From a virus, in the IMG/VR virus record IMGVR_UViG_3300044684_000278, positions 64,001 through 128,000 of that record: 64,000 nt of DNA. One strand, written 5' to 3'. The notes under the pieces are model-generated. The model did no database searches. It had not been told where the DNA came from and saw only the letters and a list, made by a program, of their open reading frames with translations. This document shows, piece after piece, positions 54,859 through 64,000 of the stretch. Both the position numbers and the translations under genes were made by a program. Numbering within the stretch: position 1 is the first letter of the stretch; every line of letters begins with the position of its first letter.

Positions 54859-55773
54859 ATGAAGACTGAACTTACTTATAGAACCTTTGATGAACTGATA
54901 GATGCGGTGATGCTGGATTTACAGATGTATGCAGGAGAAAGCATGATCCAGCACGCACAACTCATTAAAGTGGCCCAGCGGGTGAACTATGAACTGGGTC
55001 TGAGAATATACAAGACCAAGCAGGATGTCATTGAGATCAACCATGGTAAGGCAAGGCTGCCGGATGATTTCTACGTACTGAACTATGCCCTTCTGTGCTC
55101 CCATTACAAGATTATACAACCCAAAATACAAGGAACCCATAAAGAAGATGCAAGAGCTTTTTTTAACTGTGATACTACGTGTACTCACTGTCATAAACCC
55201 AATCCGTGTGCAGATAAAGAAGGTATTGATCCGGATGATTTTGATTTCTGCAGATGTGACAAAGTATTTACCAATGAATGCGGAGATACTTTCACTGTTA
55301 TTCATAAGGTAGGCTGGGAATTCCGCTCCTATGATGAATTTGAGCACCTGGCGTTCCGTCCTGATAAAAAAGTAGACCCTCTTTTCCAGCATAATGCCTT
55401 TACACGTCATCACCGGAACGTAGCGGAGATCCGTAACAACTTCATTTATGTGAACGGACTGCAGACCGGGAAGCTCTATATCTCCTATGAGGGAGCCCTG
55501 GAAGATGATGAGGGGAACCTGCTGGTGCTGGATCACCCACTGGTGAACGAGTACTATGAGTATGCCCTCAAGCAGCGGATCCTGGAAAACCTGTATATGA
55601 ATGGTGAGGATGTGGTACAGCGTCTCCAGCTCATAGAGCAGCGGATACGTCCCGCCCGTAACAATGCCTACACCATTGTCAACACCCCTGACTTCCAGGA
55701 GTTGCAGGCAGTCCATGACATGAACCGTAAAGCCTATTACAAACGATTTGTTTCCATGTTCGTCGTAAGATAA
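54859..55773 (+). CDS. tail tubular/ring protein (P22 gp4-like role) with Cys-rich insert
   Basis: ARLPDDF, GKLYISYEG..DDEGNL, EYALK motifs. Confidence 0.7.
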   Translation: MKTELTYRTFDELIDAVMLDLQMYAGESMIQHAQLIKVAQRVNYELGLRIYKTKQDVIEINHGKARLPDDFYVLNYALLCSHYKIIQPKIQGTHKEDARAFFNCDTTCTHCHKPNPCADKEGIDPDDFDFCRCDKVFTNECGDTFTVIHKVGWEFRSYDEFEHLAFRPDKKVDPLFQHNAFTRHHRNVAEIRNNFIYVNGLQTGKLYISYEGALEDDEGNLLVLDHPLVNEYYEYALKQRILENLYMNGEDVVQRLQLIEQRIRPARNNAYTIVNTPDFQELQAVHDMNRKAYYKRFVSMFVVR

Positions 55774-55777
55774 TCCC

Positions 55778-58700
55778 ATGCCAGGCCAACCATCCCAAAA
55801 TAATTCTACTTCCAACGCTGTTACCAACCTCTTCTCCAAGGGGCTCAATAAAGACTACAATGAGAGCTTCCTGGGAGAGGGTGTATGGACACATGCCCGT
55901 AATGCAGTGAACAATTCCCATGACGGGCAGAAGGGTGTACTGGGTAATGAACCTAGTAACCTCAGGTGCGTACAGCTTCCTTACACCTATATTGGCTCGA
56001 TCCCTCTGCTGGGAGATGAGTGGGCTATTTTTACCACAGATGATACCAGCTGTGAGATCGGTATCTTCAATGAAGCCCAGTGCAGCTATATCAAAGTAGT
56101 AAACGATCCCGGACTGGGTTTTAAGCGTACCAACCTGATCACAGGTGTGTACCGGCAAACCTTCAACTGTGGACGCAAGATCTACTGGAGTGATGCCCTG
56201 AACCCGGACCGCTGCATGAACCTGGACAATCCTCCTTACGTGCAGCAGAAGGTCCTGAGTGGCGGCTGCTATATTGATACCAATACTTCACAGCTGGACA
56301 TCGAGGCCCTCAGACTGGCTCCGTTATTAACTATCCCCACACTCGGGCTGAAGAAAGGAAAAGGATCCGGCACCCTTGCCAATGGTACCTACCAGGTGGC
56401 TATTGCATACACGGTGAATGAAATCCGGGTAACAGATTACCTGGTGCTTTCCCCTGAGCAGCCCCTGTTCTCCCATGAGAACCTCTCAGGTTCCCTGGAG
56501 TTATCCGTTACCGGCACTGATCCGGAGTTTGATGAGATGGAAGTGGTGATCATTTCCACAGTAAATGCCAACACTGTGGTAAAACGCCTGGGTATCTACT
56601 CTACTGCCCAGAGCACGATCTATATTGATACCATTGATAATTCCCTGCCTACTATTCCCATCAGCCTGATCCCGCTGCGTACACCAGCCATAGAAAAATC
56701 AGACAGTATCTGGGGCGTGGGAAGCTACCTGCTTCGTCTGGGCATCTATCCCAAACAGGAGCTGAACTACCAGCCACAGGCCAACAAGATCACCACCAAG
56801 TGGGTGGCTGTAAAATACCCTGCTGATTACTACCTCAAGGGTGGAAACAAAGCCTCTTACATGAGGGATGAGCAGTACCCCTTCTTTATCCGCTGGATTT
56901 ATAATACAGGGGACCGTACAGCCTCTGCTCATATTCCAGGACGTGCTCCGCTCACAGATGATCTGGCACTGGTCACCAATGCAGATGCCATAGAGCTTTC
57001 TTATGATGGTAGTACGCCACAGAGATGGCAGGTATATAACACGGCTTCCGTGACCGCCAATACTGCCACACAGACTCCTGATGGTGGTACTATTGTCATG
57101 GAAGGTCAAATGGGATACTGGCAGAGCTCTGAGATCTACCCGGATGACAAACCGGAGATCTGGGGAAATCTATGTGGTAAACATATCCGGCATCATAAGT
57201 TCCCAGATAACTCCCTGGTTCCGCACTTCTCTGATAACGGGTCAACTATTACGATCCTGGGCGTGAAGTTTGAGAACATCACCCACCCGCTGGATGATAA
57301 CGGGAACCCTATTACCTCCATTGTAGGATACGAGATCCTGCGTGGCTCCAGGGAAGGGCAGAAGACTGTAATTGCCAAAGGCATTATCAATAACATGCGG
57401 GAGTATACCATCACCGGTAACACTGACATGCAGGGCCTGTTTCAGAACTACCCTTATAACGATTTACGTGCAGACAGCTTCCTGACCCCTGAAAGACAGA
57501 AGGGAGACAATGGTGCTGCCAATGCACACTCCTCCAAGCTGAGTGGGTATAAAAAGGACATCTTCTCTTTTCACTCTCCGGAGACCACTTTTAACAAGCC
57601 TTTTCTGTCAGCAGAAGAGCTGAAGATCTATGGGGAAGTTTCCGGTACCGCTGTGGGGCGTTTTGAGACCCCTTACAAGCATCCTAAGTTTAAGCTGACT
57701 ACTAATGCCGATGACGTAATTGGAGACATTATAGGAGTCCTGAGTGCGCTTAATTCCTTTACCAGTGGTATAGATATAGGAGCTACAGAAGACTATCCCA
57801 TTGGATTAAAAATAGGTCCACTTCCTCCGCTTCCCTATATGCCACTGGACTTCTATGGCGTGGTGGATTCTGATCCGGCAGGACAGATTGCAAACTGGGC
57901 TACATGGGGTGTACAGGCTATTGAATTTGCTGCTGCAGCTGTAAGCCTCATCACTACCATTGGCAAGTTTGCAGAGCTGGAAAAGGAGAAGTTCTTTTCC
58001 CTGATGCGTACCCTCATCCCAAAGGTGCAGTATGGAGCCCAGTATGTCAGTCATGGATTCTATGACAGTTACCAGGCTGCCCAGGAAGGTCAGACACGCA
58101 AGCTCATTACCAAGAGTAACTACCTGACAGATAACCTGCAGACTTTCAACAGCAAGTACCAGGTGAATAATATTTTCCGTGGGGCTTCTGTGATTGTTCA
58201 AACCGGCAGTGAAGTTCCGGATCCTTCTACCCAGGATCAGAGCCGTAAACTCCTCTCTGAAGCCGGAGTGGATCTGTATCAGAATTTCACTACCCCGATC
58301 AGCTCACACTATGTAGGGCTTAAAGTGAACTTATCCGCCCAGTACGGACAGATAGATTCCATCAAGCAGCTGCCTATCATGAGTGGGATCATCCGCACTC
58401 TTCCAGTGAGGAACCAGAAGTTCACTTCTGATATTCTCTTTGGCGGAGATACGTACATCAACCGATTCACGGAGAAAAATTCCTTCTTCTATTTCTATGA
58501 CTGGCTCTTTGACATGCCGGATGAATTCCAGTATGATTATACGCTCTATGTCAACGTACCTTACCCAAGATTCTGGGTTAACAATGAGCAGTATAACCGT
58601 AGCATCTTAAAGGTCTCCTCCAATTACCGTGTCCTGGATGCCAGGGATTCCACTGCTACCTATGTGAAGAAGGGTTACTTCTACCTGTTCAACTCAGGAG

Positions 58701-61174
58701 TGCGCGACTTCTTTGTGGAAAGTGAAGTGAACCTGGCCCTTCGTGACTGGGATGACAGTGACAACAAGCGTCACTATGATCCATATGGATACTCGGACCT
58801 GACCACCATGTTCCGCAGTGATATTATCAAGAGCGGCAACTACTATAAGTATGATTATTCCCTGAGTAATACAAGGCTCTTCAACTCCTACATCTCCTGG
58901 GGTAATATCCTTCCAAGGGATTATGATCCTGCGGATGCAGCCTGCTACAGCTACTACCCGAAGCGGATCATGTATTCACTCCCTCAGGAGCTGGAACAAA
59001 AGAAAGACAACTGGAAGAGTTTTCTTCCCAACAACTATAAGGACTTTCCTTCCCCGGTAACCTCTGTGAAGTCCATCAACCGGAGCGGTGCCCTGATCAT
59101 GATGAAAAATGACAGCCCGGTACAGTTCATGGGCGTGGACAGTTTCCAGACCGATGCAGGCATAAAGGTGACTGTGGGGGATGGAGGATTATTCAACCAG
59201 CCACTGCAGAGCATTACCAACTCTGACCGCATGTACCAGTATGGTGCCTGCCAGCATAAGTATGCCGTAACTGCTACGACCTACGGTGTGTTCTATATGT
59301 CCCAGGAAGCAGGAAAGATCTTCAATTTCTCCAGCGGCCTGGAAGAGATCAGCAACTATGGCAACAAGTGGTGGTTCTCCCAGTACCTGCCAAGCCAGCT
59401 GCTGCGTCAGTTCCCAAACTATCAGTATTATGATAACCCGGTAATTGGTGTTGGCTGCCAGGTGATCTATGACAACACGGATGATATTGTATATTTCTGT
59501 AAAAAAGACTATAGGTGTACGTCCAGTGAGGTGATCTATGATCCGGTTTACGGATTTGGTATTCCTCATGGCACCACTACAGTCACTGTATCACCAGCCT
59601 GGACAGAAACCGTACAAGCAGCCTATACGGAGACCATCAGTGATGCATACACAGAGCTGGTTCCCAGTCCTGCTACCTGCAATCCCCCCATTGACATGGT
59701 GTTTGTCCTGGACATTACCGGATCCATGGGTTCTACCATTGATAATCTCAAGACCTCAGTGGTAAACATTGCCCAGGCTCTTTCTACCAAGTCCAATAAT
59801 GACTACCGTGTAGGCCTGATTACTGTGAATGAGTATTATAACGGAAGCATGACGCTCTCCAACCTGGTAAATGATGACCAGATTGCCATACCTCTGAACA
59901 CCTCTAATAATCTCACAGAGCTTCAAACAGCTGTGAACGGACTTTATGCGGAGGATGGTGGAGGCATTCCGGAGCCTACAGACGTAGCACTGGATGCTGC
60001 CATCAATAACACCACCCTTCATGGCAAGAACCTGGGAACCTGGAGGAGTGGAGCTGTGAAGATGATCATTCTGATCACAGATGCCATGCCTTCCGGAAAC
60101 GATGATTACTACCAGGTAGGCGTAGATGATCTGCGTGCCAATCAGCTTGCCCAGCAAGCAAAAGCTGCAGGCATCAAGATCTACCCGATTGCAACCGGGG
60201 TAGCTGCTTCCGATGCTTCCATCCAGGCACTCATGCAGAACTATGCAACCGTAACAGGGGGCAGGCTGTATATTTCAGCCACTGGTGTAGTGGATACTTC
60301 CATCCAGGATGCGGTGGAGAATATCCCATGTCCTCCTACAAGCGTATACCATCCTGCGGTTACTGTATATCACCCGGCCATAACCGTGGATCACCCGGCT
60401 ATAACCAAAGTGGTCCCCATCCTGACCAAGATAATCCTTGGAGATCCTAACTACTTTGAGGATGCTTCCTGGACCGTCAGCTACGATCCAAAAGAAAAAC
60501 AATGGCTCTCGTTCCATGACTGGTTCCCAACAGGGGTGCTTCCCGGAAAGAATCACTTTGCCACTGTTAGCGTGGATTCTATCTGGAAACACAACGTGCG
60601 TACAGACTCCTACTGCAACTTCTATGGGGTGGATTATCCTTTTGAAGTGGAGTTCGTGGCTTCCACTGGCCAGCAGGTCAACACTGTCAGATCCGTGGAA
60701 TACATCCTGGAATCTTACAAATACTACAACAATGGCCAGGATAAGTTCCATGTGCTGGATAACAACTTTGACCGGGCCGTGGTATACAACTCAGAGCAGG
60801 TATCCGGTATGCTGAGGCTGAACCTCAAACCCAAGAATGATCCGGTGGCCATCCTGCAGTATCCTAAAGTAAGCGGATCCACTATTGACATTCTTTATTC
60901 CAAGGAAGAGAACCGGTACAGGTTTAACCAGTTCTGGGACATCACTAAAGACCGTGGTGAGTTCTCCGGAGTGGAAAAACCGATGTTCATCACCAAAGCA
61001 AACGGGTACGTCTACCAGATCAACCCTGCCTATGTCAATTACAGCAAGGCTCCTACAGAACACAAGAAGTTCCGTCACTACTCTAACAGAGTATTCCTGA
61101 GAAAACTTGTTTCAGGAGAGCTTAAGATGATCCTGAAGATTCATAATACCAAGACTTTACTGAGCTCCAGATAA
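55778..61174 (+). CDS. tail stabilization/muzzle protein (P22 gp10-like role) with inserted vWA domain
   Basis: 1798 aa beta-rich; IRHHKFP, GYEILR, FGGDTYI, WTVSY..WLSFHD motifs; vWA motif VFVLDITGSM. Confidence 0.8.
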   Translation: MPGQPSQNNSTSNAVTNLFSKGLNKDYNESFLGEGVWTHARNAVNNSHDGQKGVLGNEPSNLRCVQLPYTYIGSIPLLGDEWAIFTTDDTSCEIGIFNEAQCSYIKVVNDPGLGFKRTNLITGVYRQTFNCGRKIYWSDALNPDRCMNLDNPPYVQQKVLSGGCYIDTNTSQLDIEALRLAPLLTIPTLGLKKGKGSGTLANGTYQVAIAYTVNEIRVTDYLVLSPEQPLFSHENLSGSLELSVTGTDPEFDEMEVVIISTVNANTVVKRLGIYSTAQSTIYIDTIDNSLPTIPISLIPLRTPAIEKSDSIWGVGSYLLRLGIYPKQELNYQPQANKITTKWVAVKYPADYYLKGGNKASYMRDEQYPFFIRWIYNTGDRTASAHIPGRAPLTDDLALVTNADAIELSYDGSTPQRWQVYNTASVTANTATQTPDGGTIVMEGQMGYWQSSEIYPDDKPEIWGNLCGKHIRHHKFPDNSLVPHFSDNGSTITILGVKFENITHPLDDNGNPITSIVGYEILRGSREGQKTVIAKGIINNMREYTITGNTDMQGLFQNYPYNDLRADSFLTPERQKGDNGAANAHSSKLSGYKKDIFSFHSPETTFNKPFLSAEELKIYGEVSGTAVGRFETPYKHPKFKLTTNADDVIGDIIGVLSALNSFTSGIDIGATEDYPIGLKIGPLPPLPYMPLDFYGVVDSDPAGQIANWATWGVQAIEFAAAAVSLITTIGKFAELEKEKFFSLMRTLIPKVQYGAQYVSHGFYDSYQAAQEGQTRKLITKSNYLTDNLQTFNSKYQVNNIFRGASVIVQTGSEVPDPSTQDQSRKLLSEAGVDLYQNFTTPISSHYVGLKVNLSAQYGQIDSIKQLPIMSGIIRTLPVRNQKFTSDILFGGDTYINRFTEKNSFFYFYDWLFDMPDEFQYDYTLYVNVPYPRFWVNNEQYNRSILKVSSNYRVLDARDSTATYVKKGYFYLFNSGVRDFFVESEVNLALRDWDDSDNKRHYDPYGYSDLTTMFRSDIIKSGNYYKYDYSLSNTRLFNSYISWGNILPRDYDPADAACYSYYPKRIMYSLPQELEQKKDNWKSFLPNNYKDFPSPVTSVKSINRSGALIMMKNDSPVQFMGVDSFQTDAGIKVTVGDGGLFNQPLQSITNSDRMYQYGACQHKYAVTATTYGVFYMSQEAGKIFNFSSGLEEISNYGNKWWFSQYLPSQLLRQFPNYQYYDNPVIGVGCQVIYDNTDDIVYFCKKDYRCTSSEVIYDPVYGFGIPHGTTTVTVSPAWTETVQAAYTETISDAYTELVPSPATCNPPIDMVFVLDITGSMGSTIDNLKTSVVNIAQALSTKSNNDYRVGLITVNEYYNGSMTLSNLVNDDQIAIPLNTSNNLTELQTAVNGLYAEDGGGIPEPTDVALDAAINNTTLHGKNLGTWRSGAVKMIILITDAMPSGNDDYYQVGVDDLRANQLAQQAKAAGIKIYPIATGVAASDASIQALMQNYATVTGGRLYISATGVVDTSIQDAVENIPCPPTSVYHPAVTVYHPAITVDHPAITKVVPILTKIILGDPNYFEDASWTVSYDPKEKQWLSFHDWFPTGVLPGKNHFATVSVDSIWKHNVRTDSYCNFYGVDYPFEVEFVASTGQQVNTVRSVEYILESYKYYNNGQDKFHVLDNNFDRAVVYNSEQVSGMLRLNLKPKNDPVAILQYPKVSGSTIDILYSKEENRYRFNQFWDITKDRGEFSGVEKPMFITKANGYVYQINPAYVNYSKAPTEHKKFRHYSNRVFLRKLVSGELKMILKIHNTKTLLSSR

Positions 61175-62511
61175 TGAAGAAGAAAATTCACATAAAGAAA
61201 TCCCATGAGGGCAGATTCACACAGTGGGCCAAAGAGCATCACATGAGTGTCTCTGAAGCTGCCCACCATGTGATGGCACACCAGGGAGATTATTCATCCC
61301 ACGTGGTATCCATGGCCAATTTTGCCAAAAACTTTGGTAAGAAGAAAGCAGATGGCGGTCCCTATATAGATGATAAAGGACTTGTCAACGGAGCGGATCC
61401 ACGCTATGTCACCCAGGCTGATACAGATGCCCTGGGACTGGGAGATCCGTCCAACCCACAAAATCAACAGGGGCAGCAACAGCCAGGCCCCTCTGCATTC
61501 AATGCAGCACTGAGGAAGTTTGCTATAGGTGCCAGCAACTTTGCTGGCGGTTACCTGAATCAGTTAGCCAATCCTTTTTCTATAGCCAATGGATTGAACT
61601 CTATGGACATGCTGGGTAATACCATCAACAACATCCAGCAGAACCATTACATGAAAAATTACCTCAGGGATCACATGACCTCTGACCAGGTCTTTTCTGT
61701 AGTAGACGGGTCCCAGAGCGGAATGCGTGGTGATTACAATGTCACTGGTTCTGCCTATGGCATGTTCCGTCCCGACCAGCTGGGAGCCAAATCCCCCTAC
61801 GGAATGTTTAACGGGAAGTATTACCCCAAACAGGAAAAGGGCGGAGAGCTTCCAAAAGCAGCGGCAGGATATGTGGCAGACGAGCTTAGCTATACACCCA
61901 GCTTCATGGGCAATACGTCCACCACTGCGCCTGTGAATCCGGAGATCCCCGGAATGCATCTCCCCGCTTCTCCCATGACCTATCCAGGATTTAACAGCAA
62001 TCCGAATGTCAGCGTCAATGAAAGGACCAAGGAAGCCTATAACTACTACGTAAAAGACAAGGGTCTTCCTTCCCACATTGCTGCAGGCATCATTGGAAAC
62101 CTTTACCAGGAATCCGGGCTGAAGCCTACTGCCATCCAGCAAGGTGGTGCAGGCCGTGGTCTTGCACAGTGGGACGTGAACGGACGCTGGCAGGGATTTC
62201 TTAACTGGGCCAAAGAGAACAACCGGGATCCTTATGATACCAAGTCTCAACTGGATTATGTGCTGGTGGAACCTGGTGAAGGCACCAAGGCACTTGACCG
62301 TTTAAAAAATACTTCCACTGCAGAGCAGGCTGCCTATGTTTTTGGTAAATTATATGAGAGGCCCAATGAGAAAGCTGCCAACTGGAGCAACCGCACATCC
62401 ATTGCTGCAAAACTGGCCTCAGGCACCTACGAGCAAGGTGGTGAATATGAAATGACCGATGATGAGCTGCAGCAGTTCCTTAAATCCGGTGGTGAAGTAG
62501 AGTTTTTATAA
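61174..62511 (+). CDS. virion cargo protein with phage tail lysozyme domain
   Basis: IAAGIIGNLYQESGL, GRGLAQW, SQLDYV, YERP (Phage_lysozyme2-like); IHIKKSHEG.FT..ANFAKN N-terminus. Confidence 0.8.
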   Translation: MKKKIHIKKSHEGRFTQWAKEHHMSVSEAAHHVMAHQGDYSSHVVSMANFAKNFGKKKADGGPYIDDKGLVNGADPRYVTQADTDALGLGDPSNPQNQQGQQQPGPSAFNAALRKFAIGASNFAGGYLNQLANPFSIANGLNSMDMLGNTINNIQQNHYMKNYLRDHMTSDQVFSVVDGSQSGMRGDYNVTGSAYGMFRPDQLGAKSPYGMFNGKYYPKQEKGGELPKAAAGYVADELSYTPSFMGNTSTTAPVNPEIPGMHLPASPMTYPGFNSNPNVSVNERTKEAYNYYVKDKGLPSHIAAGIIGNLYQESGLKPTAIQQGGAGRGLAQWDVNGRWQGFLNWAKENNRDPYDTKSQLDYVLVEPGEGTKALDRLKNTSTAEQAAYVFGKLYERPNEKAANWSNRTSIAAKLASGTYEQGGEYEMTDDELQQFLKSGGEVEFL

Positions 62512-62529
62512 AATCAACATAGTACCCTA

Positions 62530-64000
62530 ATGACACGAAAAGTAAAGATAAAGAGAGTGCCTTCTATGGCAGAAGGTGGTAAGGTAGCTCAGAAGAACTA
62601 CAGTGCCACTGATGATCCCAATGTATACCTTGGAAAAAACGGAGTGAAGATAACACGCCAGGAGTTTAACAATGCCAATAAAAATGGCTTTGCCTGGAAT
62701 AGCTTTGAGGATTATGCTGATTACGTTGGTGGATGGGCCCATAATGGAAGTGATTTTAATATCTCTCCTTATTACAGGACCTATGGTGGCAATAACATCA
62801 GCGGAGCTGACATTGCCCTACTCCATGCACAGAATGATCCAGCTATTAACCAGATCCTGCAAAGAAATATTGCCCGGCCGGGTGAAGTACCTATGTATTC
62901 CCAGGATGACTCGGATGCAATCAATAAACTCATTGCTCGTAATAAACAGGCTAATCCACAACAGTACCTGGCCTACAAAGCCTTTGGCGGGCAACTGGGT
63001 TTTGGGCTGGATCTGGGCATCTCCAAAAGCATCTTTGGCACAGGTGATGACCAAGACATCAATATCCGCAAGACCCTTGCTCCTGTGGATCGTAAAATAG
63101 CCAACGTGGAGGCAGAGAAAGGAGAAACCGTTGTAGGTGACTTTGACAAGGACGGACAGAACGAGCACTTCACCATTGGAGGCAACAGGCACTCCCAGGG
63201 AGGCACGCCACTGAACCTGCCTGATGGCTCCTTCATCTTTTCAGATACCAAGAAGATGCAGATGGGCGGCCAGGAGCTTACAGCCTTTGGCAAGTCTGCT
63301 GACAGCAATAAAAAGTACACACCTGCTCAACTGGCCAAACAGTATGACGTAAACAAATACAAAGCTATCCTGGATGACAAGAACGCGGATCCTATGGAAA
63401 AACGCACAGCCCAGATGATGATGGATAACTACCAGAACAAGCTGTCACAACTGGCCCTCGTGCAGGAAGCTAAAAAGGGATTTCCTCAGGGCATTCCGGA
63501 GATGGCACAGACCTACCTGGATAGAATCAACCAGGGAACACAGCCTACTATTGGAGGCACTATAGACCAGGTGGCACCACAGAGCCAGTTTGCCTTTGGC
63601 GGACAGCTTCCCCGTTTTGATGGCGGGGGTGATACTCCTGACCCTATTGATCCTTACCAGGGTGGTAAAACCCCTGAAGGCCGGTATACACCTACCAAGA
63701 AAGATAACAAGTACAACCGTGGAAATGACTACCTGGATAACTGGGAGAGTGTGATTCCCGGCATCAGCAAGATGAGCAATGCCGCTGCCCAGCAAGTAAT
63801 CTATGATCACATGCTTCGGCATAATCCGGAGGTAGTAAAGCAGATGTGGCAGGAATACGGCTTAAATAAAAAAGGTTTACAGGATCCATACCTGAAAAGT
63901 TTAACAGACAATGGTAAGTTTATTGACGGTATCCTTACTCCTGATGTAATGGCCAAGCTAAAGAATGCTTACTCTGATGGGATGTTTGGTGTGCGTCAGA
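62530..64000 (+). CDS. large virion cargo (ejection) protein, runs off window end
   Basis: Not in ORF track; translated from MTRKVKIKRVPSMAEGG; ANVEAEKGETV and GNRHSQGGTPL..FIFSD motifs. Confidence 0.8.
   Translation, partial: MTRKVKIKRVPSMAEGGKVAQKNYSATDDPNVYLGKNGVKITRQEFNNANKNGFAWNSFEDYADYVGGWAHNGSDFNISPYYRTYGGNNISGADIALLHAQNDPAINQILQRNIARPGEVPMYSQDDSDAINKLIARNKQANPQQYLAYKAFGGQLGFGLDLGISKSIFGTGDDQDINIRKTLAPVDRKIANVEAEKGETVVGDFDKDGQNEHFTIGGNRHSQGGTPLNLPDGSFIFSDTKKMQMGGQELTAFGKSADSNKKYTPAQLAKQYDVNKYKAILDDKNADPMEKRTAQMMMDNYQNKLSQLALVQEAKKGFPQGIPEMAQTYLDRINQGTQPTIGGTIDQVAPQSQFAFGGQLPRFDGGGDTPDPIDPYQGGKTPEGRYTPTKKDNKYNRGNDYLDNWESVIPGISKMSNAAAQQVIYDHMLRHNPEVVKQMWQEYGLNKKGLQDPYLKSLTDNGKFIDGILTPDVMAKLKNAYSDGMFGVRQ

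Noticed and set aside
24158-63822. Long antisense ORFs in the structural region (e.g. 30995..31915, 54919..55848, 61564..62250)
   Set aside because: They mirror strongly coding plus-strand genes and show no motifs.
1-64000. Stop-codon reassignment as in some crAss-like phages
   Set aside because: TerL, portal, MCP and muzzle are intact under code 11, TAG and TGA end genes, and no suppressor tRNA is present.

Overview
This window is a segment of a large crAss-like (Crassvirales-related) podophage genome, standard genetic code, probably infecting a Bacteroidota host (A/C-rich start regions without Shine-Dalgarno sequences, TAnnTTTG promoter boxes). Bases 1-19.5 kb are a minus-strand block of small accessory/early genes. 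It includes an ARC/Mpa-like AAA+ ATPase, a permuted GHKL ATPase, a truncated ABC-type ATPase, a family of SH3-like proteins sharing a C-terminal helix, a tRNA-Ile(UAU) and many intergenic hairpins. Bases 19.8-64 kb are mostly plus strand: tRNA clusters, an XRE regulator, nuclease, terminase, portal, scaffold, major capsid, ring proteins, fibres, Cys-rich/FN3 proteins, muzzle and cargo proteins. Top candidate for an undescribed system: a 25-codon leader peptide rich in Asn/Pro/His/Gln/Trp, with mutually exclusive protector/antiterminator/terminator hairpins, directly upstream of the Pro-Asn-Gln-His-Trp-Thr tRNA cluster. This would be a ribosome-stalling attenuator that switches on phage tRNAs when those codons cannot be read. 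Two CCA-ended tRNA-like RNAs also carry large inserted domains, one in the anticodon arm and one in the variable arm. All protein calls come from motif recognition and synteny by eye; no searches or folding programs were run.
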